From positions 32,001-96,000 of the forward strand of contig JBBISH010000002.1 in NCBI GenBank assembly GCA_037441385.1: a stretch of 64,000 bases of DNA, read 5' to 3'. This document shows, in pieces, positions 1-9,526 of this stretch. The stretch's first letter is position 1. Each line of letters begins with the position of its first letter. This DNA comes from Myxococcales bacterium. Its GTDB lineage: Bacteria > Myxococcota_A > UBA9042. A program made the translations under genes and the position numbers. Under the pieces are notes generated by a model. The model was not told the DNA's origin. It ran no database searches and saw only the letters and a program-made list of their open reading frames with translations.

Positions 1-1
1 G

Positions 2-640
2 CTGTCGCCCCTGGACGCGCTGAAGGCCGGCAAGGCCAACCCGGTGGCGTTTGCCGTGGGCTGCAACAGCGAAGAGCTGGCCAAGCTGCTGGTCGTGACC
101 GTGTCGACCGAAGCCGAGCTCAAGACGGCGCTCGCCAACGGTTTTTCCATGCTCGGCGGCGACGCGGTGGCCAAGATTCAGGCCATGTACGCGGCGGCCA
201 AGTACCCGACCCCGCAGGCTGCGCTGGTGGCCGCGTATTCGGACGTGCGCTTTGTCTGCCCCACTCGCAGCATCGCCCGCGCGGCGGTGCAAGGCGGCAA
301 CCCATCGGTCTGGCGCTATTTCTTCACCCGCCAGGCGCCGTCGGCCAAGGGCCCGGTCGCTGCGGCGCACGGCATCGAGCTACTCTACGTCTTTGGTACC
401 ATCGCGGACATCCTTGGCTACAAGCCCGCGAACGTCGACTTGTCGCTTTCCGCAGCCATGATCGGCTACTGGACGCGGCTGGCGGGCCTGGGCACGCCGA
501 ACGGGGGCGACGCTCCGCAGTGGCCCTCCTACACCCAAGCCGGCGACCCGTATCTGCACTTGGGCGACACGGTCGCGGCGGAAACCGGCGTGCGCTCGGC
601 CGAGTGCGACCTGTGGGCGACCTTGATTCCGGGCTACTGA
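2..640 (+). CDS. Type-B carboxylesterase family protein, C-terminal part (5' end outside window)
   Basis: Open frame from window start; GCNSEE (acid), FVCP, WRYFF and AAHGIELLYVFG (catalytic His) motifs of carboxylesterase type B. Confidence 0.85.
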   Translation: MSPLDALKAGKANPVAFAVGCNSEELAKLLVVTVSTEAELKTALANGFSMLGGDAVAKIQAMYAAAKYPTPQAALVAAYSDVRFVCPTRSIARAAVQGGNPSVWRYFFTRQAPSAKGPVAAAHGIELLYVFGTIADILGYKPANVDLSLSAAMIGYWTRLAGLGTPNGGDAPQWPSYTQAGDPYLHLGDTVAAETGVRSAECDLWATLIPGY

Positions 641-714
641 TTGACCATAACTAGTATGCGATCCAGTAACTTGGAACTCACGGCCGCGGTGGACCGTGCC
701 CACCGAGGTGAGCC

Positions 715-1347
715 ATGACGGCTTGCGAAAAGCTGCTCCAGCACAACAAGACCTGGGCAGCCGAGCAAGTCGCCGCCGATCCTGACTACTTCGCCCGCTT
801 GGCCAGCATCCAGCGCCCAGAGTTCTTGTGGATTGGCTGCAGCGACAGCCGGGTGCCGGCCAACGTCATCACAGGCACCCAACCGGGCGAAGTGTTCGTG
901 CACCGCAACGTCGCGAACTTGGTCGTCAATACCGACCTGAACCTGCTGACCGTGCTGGAGTTTGCCGTGGTCAATCTGCAGGTGGAGCACGTCATCGTCT
1001 GCGGACACTACGGCTGCGGCGGCGTGCAGGCGGCGATGTCGCGTCAGAGTTTTGGCCTGATCGACCCGTGGTTGCGCAACATCAAGGACGTCTACCGCTT
1101 GCACCAGGGCGAGCTGGAGCAGATCGCCGATCCCGACGCGCGGGCCCGCCGGCTCGTCGAGCGGTCGGTGATGGAACAGGTCGTCAACCTGACCAAGACC
1201 ACGGTGATCCAGCGCAGTTGGGCGCTGCACCAGCGACCGCACCTGCACGGCTGGGTCTACGGCCTGGACAACGGCGTCCTCAAGCCGCTGGTCGATATGC
1301 CGCCGGGCGCGGCGGTGGCAGAGCTCTACCGCTACGACGATCTGTAG
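715..1347 (+). CDS. can: Beta-class carbonic anhydrase
   Basis: WIGCSDSRVP and VIVCGHYGCGGV zinc-binding motifs; GAGGTG RBS. Confidence 0.95.
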   Translation: MTACEKLLQHNKTWAAEQVAADPDYFARLASIQRPEFLWIGCSDSRVPANVITGTQPGEVFVHRNVANLVVNTDLNLLTVLEFAVVNLQVEHVIVCGHYGCGGVQAAMSRQSFGLIDPWLRNIKDVYRLHQGELEQIADPDARARRLVERSVMEQVVNLTKTTVIQRSWALHQRPHLHGWVYGLDNGVLKPLVDMPPGAAVAELYRYDDL

Positions 1348-1377
1348 CGGACGCTGGGAATTCCGACGGGTTGCGCT

Positions 1378-2214
1378 TCAAAAGCCAGTGACGCGCCGGA
1401 CCAAGTGCTCCCACAGCCGCTCGGGGACGGCGCTGCGGACCAGCCCCTGCATCTTGGCGTCGCGGCCGACCACGGTGCGCGCGGGCGGATTGGCGTGGTC
1501 GATCAGGTCGCAGATGAGGTCCGAGACCTCTTTGGGATCCTGGCCCTTTTGGGCGACCAGGCGGTCGACTTTGGCCGAAAACCGCACGCTGGCGCGCTCG
1601 AACGGGCTGGCGCCGCCGCGGCCCTGGCTGGCTTCCTTGCGCTTGGCGAACACCTCGGTCTTGTACATGCCCGGCAGAACCGTGCACACGCGAATGCCGT
1701 GGCCGGCCAGCTCGTAGCGCATCGCCTCGGACAGGCCTTCCAGCGCCCACTTGCTGGCGTTGTAGGCGCCCATCCCCGGCGTGGCGTGCAGCGCCGCCAC
1801 CGAGGTCACGTTGATGATTCGGCCCGATCTCTGCTCCAGCATCGCCGGCAGGACAGCCTTGCTCAGGGCGACGGCGCCAAAGAAATTGGTCTCCATCTGG
1901 GCGCGCAGCTCGTCCATGGTCAGGTCAAAGACGGTGCCGCCCATGCCAAAGCCGGCGTTGTTCACCAGCGCGTCGATGCGGCCGTGGCGGCGCAAGACCT
2001 CGGCGACGCAGCGCTGGATGCTGGCGGCGTCGTTCACGTCCAAAGCCAGCACGTCCAACTCGACCCCCGCGGCGCTGGCGGCCTGATCCAGGGCCGCGCG
2101 GCGGCCGACGTCGCGGAGCGTGGCGACGACCTTGTGACCACGCCGGGCGGCCTCTACGGCCGCGAGCAAGCCAAACCCAGACGAACACCCAGAAATCAGT
2201 ATCACCTTGGCCAT
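1378..2214 (-). CDS. Short-chain dehydrogenase/reductase
   Basis: ISGCSSGFG Rossmann motif, NNAG, YNASK (YxxxK); start taken at MAKVILISG. Confidence 0.92.
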   Translation of the reverse strand: MAKVILISGCSSGFGLLAAVEAARRGHKVVATLRDVGRRAALDQAASAAGVELDVLALDVNDAASIQRCVAEVLRRHGRIDALVNNAGFGMGGTVFDLTMDELRAQMETNFFGAVALSKAVLPAMLEQRSGRIINVTSVAALHATPGMGAYNASKWALEGLSEAMRYELAGHGIRVCTVLPGMYKTEVFAKRKEASQGRGGASPFERASVRFSAKVDRLVAQKGQDPKEVSDLICDLIDHANPPARTVVGRDAKMQGLVRSAVPERLWEHLVRRVTGF

Positions 2215-2216
2215 CT

Positions 2217-2486
2217 TCACCCCTGTTGGACCGCCGGATCCGGGCGCAGTGTCGGCCAGCAGGGCGGGCGGTGCAAGGGGGCCGCGAGCGTACCGCCCAC
2301 CGCCGAGCCCAGGACACCGCCCACCGCCAGCAGCGAGATCCGCGCGCCTGCGGTACCCACATCGACCCCCGCCGGACCGGTGAGGTACAAGGCCAGGTAG
2401 ACATGGGCAAACCCGCCCAATCGGTCGATCAGGGTGGCCGCGAGCAACAGCCAGAACGCCGCGGGCAGACCGCGAACATCCGGCAT
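2217..2486 (-). pseudogene. Truncated N-terminal fragment of an MFS transporter
   Basis: GLPAAFWLLLAATLIDRLGGFAHVYLALYLT...GSAVGGTLA resembles MFS TM1-TM2, then degenerates and stops after 89 aa. Confidence 0.6.
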
Positions 2487-2842
2487 GAACAGGCAGGCAA
2501 GGCGCAGAGAACGGGCGAACACGGGACTCCAACGGTACGGGACGGCGACTCGCCATTGTAGCCGAAGGCCGGCCGCCGCGAGAGGACGGCGCTGCCGTAC
2601 CCGACTGGGCACGTCATACGAACCCCGTCTGATTCACGCCTGTACGGCTTCTCTGACCCGGTCTGCAACCGGCGAGAATCAGGCGGGGACCCCGGTTCGA
2701 GCCCGAAGAATTGCCCGAGTTTTCGATCCAATTCGGACGGAACTCGTATCAGACGGGCAGGAGCCGTCCAGGTACTTGCGCGGATCGGTACGCAGATGGA
2801 CACTGCAGGCCAGGCGACGCGGTTCGCCGTGCGAGTTGAGCC

Positions 2843-3523
2843 ATGTTGCGTCGTATCGGGTTGGTCGCCTTGAGTTTCGCAGTGGGTGCGGGTTGCGGCA
2901 GTTCGGCCGCGCCGACGGCTGCGCCAGATGCGGCCAAGGATACCGCCGCCGACGCCGCGGTTGACGCGGCCACCGACACCGCCGTGGCGAGCGACGCAGG
3001 CTGCTCCACCAAGCCGACGGTGTGCTGCTGCCAGGGCGACACCGTGGCAGCGGCCGTGTGCAAGGCCGGCACGTGGGGCTGCGCCAACGGCTACGTCAGC
3101 TACCAGGCCAGCAACTGCGGCGTGATCCCGGCTGGCATTGGCTGCGGGCTGCCCGATGTGGTGAACACCGATTCGCAGCAGGCGGACACAACCCAAAGCG
3201 ACACAACGCAAGCCGACACACTCAAGGGCGATTCGGCGGCCGCAGACAGCGGACCGGTGGATGCGGCGCCCAAGGACGCGGCTCCGGCCGACGACGTCGC
3301 AAGTACCGATTCGGACCAGGCCGAGGTCGCGCCGGGCAACCCCTGCACCGCCTCGGGCGGCACCGTGGGCGAGGGACTTTGCTGCGACAGCGCCGGCAAT
3401 TTCCCCAACTCGTGCGCTGTCGGCGCCTGCGGCTGCGCGCCCAACTACAGCCACACGGTGCTTATCTGCAACTGCCCGGCCGGCAAGTGCTTTGACCCGG
3501 AAATGGGCTGCAAGGCTATGTAG
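2843..3523 (+). CDS. Cys-rich lipoprotein
   Basis: Signal peptide with GAGC lipobox, Asp/Ala/Thr-rich linkers, two Cys clusters. Confidence 0.8.
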   Translation: MLRRIGLVALSFAVGAGCGSSAAPTAAPDAAKDTAADAAVDAATDTAVASDAGCSTKPTVCCCQGDTVAAAVCKAGTWGCANGYVSYQASNCGVIPAGIGCGLPDVVNTDSQQADTTQSDTTQADTLKGDSAAADSGPVDAAPKDAAPADDVASTDSDQAEVAPGNPCTASGGTVGEGLCCDSAGNFPNSCAVGACGCAPNYSHTVLICNCPAGKCFDPEMGCKAM

Positions 3524-3601
3524 TCCCAGCGGGCGAGCGCTCTAGCCAAGATGGGCTATCGTGTAGAGAGAGCTCCCGTTTTGGGGGCGCGCGAGGCCGT
3601 C

Positions 3602-4210
3602 ATGAGGGGCATTGGCAACGTGTTTGCAACTGCCGCGCTGGTCCTTTTGTCCCTTAGCTGCGAGGCCAACAACGCAGGCGTCCCGGCGGGCGCGGGCCAG
3701 ACCGATACGGACATCGGCACGCTGAGTGACGCCAAAACCGATGACGTCCAAGGCGATTCGACGCAAGCGGACAGTCCCGCACAGACCGACGGCCCAACGC
3801 AGACCGACGGCATCGCCGCGGACGCCGGCTGCAAGGGCGGAAACCCTTGTGGCATGGGCGAATTCTGCAACGACAAGGGCGTGTGCTGCCCGGCCTTTGG
3901 CTGCAACCCGCAATGTCCAGGCGGCGTGGCCTTGGACGCCAAGGGCTGCGACACTTGCCAGTGCGCGCCGACCCTGGGCAAGAGCTGCAACCCGATGAGC
4001 ATGAGCCCAATGGCGCAGTGCAATCAAACGGAATTTTGCGGCACGCCCACCGGCCAATGCGGTACCAGCCAAGGCGTCTGCACCACCAAACCACAGGCCT
4101 GCGACACGATCTACCAGCCGGTGTGTGGTTGCGACGGCAAGACCTACAGCAGCGACTGCGTGGCGGCGGCCGCCAGCATGAGCCTGGCCGAGATCGGGGC
4201 GTGCAAGTAG
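3602..4210 (+). CDS. Lipoprotein with antistasin-like and Kazal-type protease-inhibitor domains
   Basis: LSLSC lipobox-like site; CPAFGCNPQCPGGVALDAKGCDTCQC (antistasin spacing); CDTIYQPVCGCDGKTYSSDC (Kazal). Confidence 0.8.
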   Translation: MRGIGNVFATAALVLLSLSCEANNAGVPAGAGQTDTDIGTLSDAKTDDVQGDSTQADSPAQTDGPTQTDGIAADAGCKGGNPCGMGEFCNDKGVCCPAFGCNPQCPGGVALDAKGCDTCQCAPTLGKSCNPMSMSPMAQCNQTEFCGTPTGQCGTSQGVCTTKPQACDTIYQPVCGCDGKTYSSDCVAAAASMSLAEIGACK

Positions 4211-4232
4211 CGGCGGCTCTTGGCTGGCGCGG

Positions 4233-4964
4233 CTACTGCAAACCCGTGCCGCAGGCCGCCGTAAAGATGCCGAGCAGGTCGAGGCCGCCCTGGGGCACGC
4301 CGCAGCCAACGTCGGCAAACTCCTCGGAACTCAGCTGCTTGTCGCCACGCATCCAAGTGACGGTCACGCGCAGGTGGTTCGAGCAGACTTCGCCCTCGCC
4401 GGCGCGCCAGGCGTGTAACAGGGCGTCGATGCGTGGCAAGTCCGCAGCCGCCAAGCTAGAAGCCGCGCATTGCCGCGGGGGCAAGCGGTCGAGCGGGCTG
4501 ATCTGGCTGATCACCGCATTGTGGCCGGCGTCCAAAACCTGCCAGGCAGCGGACGCAACGTCGTAGCGCAGCTCGCCAGAGAGATGCGAAAAGCAGCTGA
4601 CCGACTCAAAGGCGATCACCAAACGGTCGCCAGCGCGCAGCTCATGGGTTTGCAGCTGGCGGTCGCGCACGGTCGCGTCGGTTTCGGCGTCGGCAGGCAC
4701 GCTCAGGCCCTGCTCGCCGGTCCACTGCACCGGTCCGCGCTTGGTGCGCAGCCAGCGGGCCAGCACATCGAACCACGCGCGCGCCTCGGTCCCCAGGTCC
4801 ACAGCGGCGCCGCTGGGCAGGGCCACCTCCATGCCGGCTTTGACGGCACCGCGCTGCGGTTCATGAATGCGATGCAGGGGTTCCACGGCCAGAGCGGGCG
4901 CGGCAAAAGAAGCGAGCGCGGCCAGGGCGAGCAGGCGGCGGGCAAAGGGCAGGTGGGCGGTCAT
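4233..4964 (-). CDS. Hypothetical secreted protein
   Basis: RRLLALAALASFAAPALA signal peptide; co-oriented with upstream operon. Confidence 0.65.
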   Translation of the reverse strand: MTAHLPFARRLLALAALASFAAPALAVEPLHRIHEPQRGAVKAGMEVALPSGAAVDLGTEARAWFDVLARWLRTKRGPVQWTGEQGLSVPADAETDATVRDRQLQTHELRAGDRLVIAFESVSCFSHLSGELRYDVASAAWQVLDAGHNAVISQISPLDRLPPRQCAASSLAAADLPRIDALLHAWRAGEGEVCSNHLRVTVTWMRGDKQLSSEEFADVGCGVPQGGLDLLGIFTAACGTGLQ

Positions 4965-5033
4965 CGGAGCCTCGGCGCACAGCGGGCGCGTAGGCAATCC
5001 GACGCACGAAGGACGGCCAGGATCTACCTGGTC

Positions 5034-7100
5034 CTACTTCAGGACGCCGATCAGGTCGTGGCGGTCGTCGCGCCAGGCCAGCAGCCCGGCCTGCGCGGCG
5101 GGCTCGGCGCCGATCTCATCCTCGCGCAAGTCGGCCAAAAGCTTGGCGTTGTCGGTGACGAGCACCCAGTCGGACCGCGACAGGTGCGTGTCCTTGTTGG
5201 GGTCGTCGCGTACCTGCCAGGCCTTCAGCCCGGCGCCGTCGGCCAGCCCGCGCACCACCGGCGGCAAGTCCAGGTAACGATTGCTGACATGGAAGGCGAT
5301 CACCCCGCCTGGGCGCAGGTGGCGGCGGTAGACGCTCACGGCCTCGGCCGTCAGCAGGTGCACGGGGATCGAGTCGCTGGAAAACGCGTCCACCGCCAAG
5401 ACATCGAATTGCTGCGGCGCCTCGTGCTCCAGCGACAGCCGTGCGTCGCCCAGCACCACCTGCGGGTCGGCCGGGCACTGCTTCAAGTAGCTGAATTGCC
5501 TCTGTGCCAGATCCAGCACCGCCGGGTTCAGCTCGTATAGCCGATAGTGATCGCCCTTGCGGCCGTAGGCGCTCAGCGTGCCCACACCCAGGCCGATGAG
5601 GCCAATCCGCTGCGGTTGACCGGGGTTCTGGTCGCGCAGCCGCAGGATCGCCAGGCCCACACCCGAGCTCTCGCCATAATAGGTGGTCGGCTTGAACTTG
5701 TCGTCGCCGTCGTTGCGCTGCTCGCCGTGCAGGATGTTGCCGTGGACCAGGCGCACCACGCCGCGCTCGTTGCCCAGCGGCCCGGCGTACTTCACACGCA
5801 GCTGCCCATAGAAATTGCGCGTCATCTCGGCCACATCACTGTGCACGTAGCTGGCATAGTCGATGCCCAGCCCCAGGCAGGCGATCGCGGCCACCGCGCC
5901 CAGCACCCGCTGCCACGGCCGCGGCGACAGGGCCGCCACCAGTGCGGCCACGCCCAGCAGACCCAGCGGAACCTCCCAATACGCATCAAAGATCAGCGGC
6001 GCCACCAGGCCCACCGCCACGCCGCCCACCGCGCCGCCCAGCGACACGGACAGGTAGAAGCGCGTCAGGTGCGCCGGGGCTGGCTTGCGCTCGACCAGCT
6101 CGCCGTGCAGAAACATGCACGCCACCAGCAGCCCAAGGGCGTACAGCGGTCCGGCGGTGTGCAGGTGCAACACCCCGTGCTCCAAGCCAAAGTGCCCGGT
6201 CTTGGGCTTGTACGACAGCGCCAGGATCATGGCCACGGACAGCACGGCCGCCGCCACAGGGTAGAATCCGCGCCAATACCAGCCCTTGCCGTCAAAACAC
6301 AGCACAAAACTAAGGAGGTACAGAGCCAACGGCAGCACCCACAAGAACGGCACGCTGGCGATGTTCTGGGTCAAGTGGGTCGACAAGGCCAACAACAGCG
6401 CTGACCCCAGCGCCGCCAAGGTGAGCCAGGTGCCCTGCTGCAGCCAGGTGGGCGGTGGGCTTTCGTCTTGGCCCATCTGGGGTTCTGTGGCATCGGCGGC
6501 GGTCGCCACCTCGCGCAGCCGGGCATTGCTCCAGGCCACCCCGACCACCACCGCGGCGAACACGACAAAAAGTCCAGACCACAGCCAGGCTTGCTCGCGA
6601 TTGGCCAACAGCGGCTCAAAGAGCAGCGGGTACGCCAGCAGCGCCGACAGCGAGAACAAATTCGACAGCGCATACAGGCGGTACACGCGGGTGCCGCCAA
6701 AGCGCCGCGCGAACCAGGCTTGCACCAGCGGTCCGGTGGTCGACAGTGCCAGGTAAGGCAGCCCCACCGACAGGGCCAGCACGGCCAAGATACGCGTGGT
6801 CGGCGCGTCGGCGCCCGTCGGCTTGAGCCACTCGGGAGGGGTCAGCGGCAGCACGGCCAACGCAGCCAGCAGAAGCCCTGTATGAATCGCGGCTTGCGTG
6901 GTGGGCTTGGCGCGCCGCACCAGCACGTCGGCGTAGAAGTAGCCGGCCAGCAGCGTCAACTGAAAGAAGACCAGGCAGGTCGACCAGACCGCCGCCGAAC
7001 CGCCAAACCAGGGCAGGATCTGGCGCGCCATCAGCGGCTGCACCAAGAACAGCAAGAACGCCGACAGGGCGATCGCCAAACCGTTCCAAAGCATGCGCAA
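5034..7100 (-). CDS. Fused multi-TM/spermidine synthase-like SAM-dependent transferase
   Basis: Many N-terminal TM segments (LSAFLLFLVQPLMARQILPWFGGSAAVW); IGLIGLGVGTL SAM motif; DVLAVDAFSSDSIPVHLLT. Confidence 0.9.
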   Translation of the reverse strand: MRMLWNGLAIALSAFLLFLVQPLMARQILPWFGGSAAVWSTCLVFFQLTLLAGYFYADVLVRRAKPTTQAAIHTGLLLAALAVLPLTPPEWLKPTGADAPTTRILAVLALSVGLPYLALSTTGPLVQAWFARRFGGTRVYRLYALSNLFSLSALLAYPLLFEPLLANREQAWLWSGLFVVFAAVVVGVAWSNARLREVATAADATEPQMGQDESPPPTWLQQGTWLTLAALGSALLLALSTHLTQNIASVPFLWVLPLALYLLSFVLCFDGKGWYWRGFYPVAAAVLSVAMILALSYKPKTGHFGLEHGVLHLHTAGPLYALGLLVACMFLHGELVERKPAPAHLTRFYLSVSLGGAVGGVAVGLVAPLIFDAYWEVPLGLLGVAALVAALSPRPWQRVLGAVAAIACLGLGIDYASYVHSDVAEMTRNFYGQLRVKYAGPLGNERGVVRLVHGNILHGEQRNDGDDKFKPTTYYGESSGVGLAILRLRDQNPGQPQRIGLIGLGVGTLSAYGRKGDHYRLYELNPAVLDLAQRQFSYLKQCPADPQVVLGDARLSLEHEAPQQFDVLAVDAFSSDSIPVHLLTAEAVSVYRRHLRPGGVIAFHVSNRYLDLPPVVRGLADGAGLKAWQVRDDPNKDTHLSRSDWVLVTDNAKLLADLREDEIGAEPAAQAGLLAWRDDRHDLIGVLK

Positions 7101-7121
7101 TCCCCTGAGAATGAGCGATCT

Positions 7122-8795
7122 TCAGCTCTGCGCGAGCACCGCCGCCGGGTCCAACCCCATCGCCCGCCGCGCCGGCCCCAGCGCGCCCAGCACCGTGCAG
7201 GCCACCGCCACCAGCACCGCCACCGGCAGCGCCCACACCGGGAAGCTGAAGAAACCGTGCGGAACCAGTGGCACATCCACCAAGAAACGCGCCGCCAAGC
7301 GGTCGACCAACTCGGCCGCGGCAAACGCCAGCCCCGAGCCGCACAGACCGCCCAGCACACCGATCGCCGCCGCCTCGCCCAGCACCAGCACCGCCACATC
7401 GGCCCGCGCCGCGCCGATGGCACGCAACACCGCGATCTCTCTACGTCGTTCGTGGACCAGCATCGCAAAGGTCTGGGCGATCTGGATCGCCGCCACCGCC
7501 AGCACCAGCGCGGCCAGCAGGATCAGCGCCAGCGACGTGACCATCACCACCGTGCCAAAAGTACGCGCGGCCCGCGACTTGCGCGACAGCTGCAGCCCCA
7601 GACGCTCGGCGGCGACGATCACCGTGGGCACGGCCTCGTTGCTCGCCGTGTCCAGCAGGATGGCGTCGTAAACCTGCGCGGTCTGGGCGTCTTTGAAGTG
7701 GGCGTTGAAGTGGCGCACCACCGACAGCGGCAGCGCCACTCCCAGCTCGGGCGCCTTGCGCGAAAACCCGATGATCTGCGCCTGCTTGATCTGCTGCCGG
7801 CTGCGGGCCGCGTCTTTGCTGAAGTACGAATCGCCCAAAATGACGTGGATGCGCACGCCGAACAGCACCGCCAGCGAGCCAATCGGCGCCGCGCCCAAGC
7901 TGCGGGCCATGTCCGAGTTGAACACCTCGAGCAAAAGCGGATTGATCACGGCCGGTAGCGGCACTTCGCAATGGCCCGAGCGGCTGTCTGGATCGTCGCT
8001 GGCGCAGTAGGTGCCGCTGGGGCAGGTCGTGCCCTCGACCGGGCAAAGACCGCTGGGACACGGCTTGGCCAACACGCCGACTTCGCCGTCGAATTGCAGA
8101 TCGCGGCCGTTACCGGGTGGATTGGGCAACAGGCAGCGCGGCAGCGCCTCGGCACCTTGGCAGAAGCCATCGACACAGGTAAGTCCATTTGGACACAGCG
8201 AAACCTGGCTGCACGGCAGGGCAATGTCGGGCATCTCGACAAAGCGGTCCGCCCAGATGATCGGCTCGCAGGCGCCGTCGCGGCAGCCCTGCCCCGAGCG
8301 GCAGTCCAGATCGACCTCGCAGCGCGCCGGCTTGGCGCGGGCCGAGTGGCGTTTCTTACTGGCGACGTCTTCGAACGTCTCGAGCTCGCTGCGGACCGTG
8401 GCCGCGGGGATCCCGTCAAAGAACGCTTCCGTGAACAGGTTGTAGCCCAGCAGCTCCTTGCCGCCCCACAGCCGCGCCGGAAACGCCGATTTCTGCTTGC
8501 CAAACGCCGCCACGACCCCCGGCAGCTTGGCGACCTGCGCGACTCGGGCGTCGTCCAGCGGCTCCTGGCCCACCACCTGCTCCACGCCAAAGAGCTGCAC
8601 GGTGCGGGCCTCGATCTCCAACTGATTGACCGGAAAGATCTTCTCCAGCACCTTCTCGCGCAGTCCCTGGCCCAGACCGACAAAAAACGTCAGCAGGCCG
8701 GTGCCGACCACGATGCCGACCATCGCCAACGCGGTGCGCACCCACGACGCGCGCAGGTTGTGGCCAATCAGGCCCAGCAAGCGGCGCAACCTCAC
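7122..8795 (-). CDS. MacB/FtsX/LolCE-type ABC transporter permease with Cys-rich insertion
   Basis: NLRASWVRTALAMVGIVVG TM1; VHERRREIAVLRAIGA and GPARRAMGLDPAAVL FtsX-type C-terminus; GTG start overlaps ATPase stop. Confidence 0.85.
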   Translation of the reverse strand: MRLRRLLGLIGHNLRASWVRTALAMVGIVVGTGLLTFFVGLGQGLREKVLEKIFPVNQLEIEARTVQLFGVEQVVGQEPLDDARVAQVAKLPGVVAAFGKQKSAFPARLWGGKELLGYNLFTEAFFDGIPAATVRSELETFEDVASKKRHSARAKPARCEVDLDCRSGQGCRDGACEPIIWADRFVEMPDIALPCSQVSLCPNGLTCVDGFCQGAEALPRCLLPNPPGNGRDLQFDGEVGVLAKPCPSGLCPVEGTTCPSGTYCASDDPDSRSGHCEVPLPAVINPLLLEVFNSDMARSLGAAPIGSLAVLFGVRIHVILGDSYFSKDAARSRQQIKQAQIIGFSRKAPELGVALPLSVVRHFNAHFKDAQTAQVYDAILLDTASNEAVPTVIVAAERLGLQLSRKSRAARTFGTVVMVTSLALILLAALVLAVAAIQIAQTFAMLVHERRREIAVLRAIGAARADVAVLVLGEAAAIGVLGGLCGSGLAFAAAELVDRLAARFLVDVPLVPHGFFSFPVWALPVAVLVAVACTVLGALGPARRAMGLDPAAVLAQS

Positions 8796-9526
8796 GCGGC
8801 ACCTCCTGCGGTGGCGGTGACGACTGGGGCGCCCGTTTCTTCGCGAAGAATGCGCCCGCGATCGAGCACCACCGTGCGATCCGCCGTGGCCGCCACCGCC
8901 GGATCGTGCGTGACAATGACCAGCGCGGTGCCGTGCCGCTCGCGGCTGTCGTTCAAAATCCCCAGGATTTGCTTGGTGGTCTGGCCATCCAGGCTGCCGG
9001 TCGGCTCGTCGCACACCAGCAGCGGCGGCTCGAGCAGCAGCGCCCGGGCGATCGCCACCCGCTGCCGCTCACCGCCCGACATCTGGCTGGGCAGCTGGCG
9101 GAAGCGGTCGCCAAGCCCCAGCTCCTGCAGCAGGTTTTCGGCACGGCGCTGCACCTCGGCGGGGCTGAGCTTGGCGCCAAAACTCGCCGGCAGCATCACG
9201 TTGTCGCCCACGCTCAGGCCGGGCAACAGGTTGAAAGCCTGAAACACAAAGCCAATCTGCTGGTTGCGGAACTGCGACAGCGCCCGATCGGGCAGCTCGC
9301 GCAGCGACTGGCCCAGCACCTGCAAGTGCCCGGTGTAGCCGCGGTCTAGCGCGCCGATCAGGTTCAGCAGCGTCGACTTGCCGGCGCCCGAGCGCCCGAC
9401 CACCGCGACGAATTCACCCCGCTGCACCTGCAGATCCACGCCGTCCAAGGCACGAATCTGCCGGCCCTCGACCGCAAAAGTGCGGACCAACTGGCGGGCA
9501 TCGATGGCCAGGGGCCGACCGCTCAT
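8792..9526 (-). CDS. ABC transporter ATP-binding protein (LolD/MacB-like)
   Basis: GRSGAGKST Walker A, IGFVFQAFNLL, MSGGERQRVAIARAL, DEPTG, VTHD. Confidence 0.93.
   Translation of the reverse strand: MSGRPLAIDARQLVRTFAVEGRQIRALDGVDLQVQRGEFVAVVGRSGAGKSTLLNLIGALDRGYTGHLQVLGQSLRELPDRALSQFRNQQIGFVFQAFNLLPGLSVGDNVMLPASFGAKLSPAEVQRRAENLLQELGLGDRFRQLPSQMSGGERQRVAIARALLLEPPLLVCDEPTGSLDGQTTKQILGILNDSRERHGTALVIVTHDPAVAATADRTVVLDRGRILREETGAPVVTATAGGAA

Noticed and set aside
2685..2710. GGTTCGAGCCC resembling a tRNA T-loop
   Set aside because: T-stem is incomplete, and no acceptor stem, D-arm or CCA could be built
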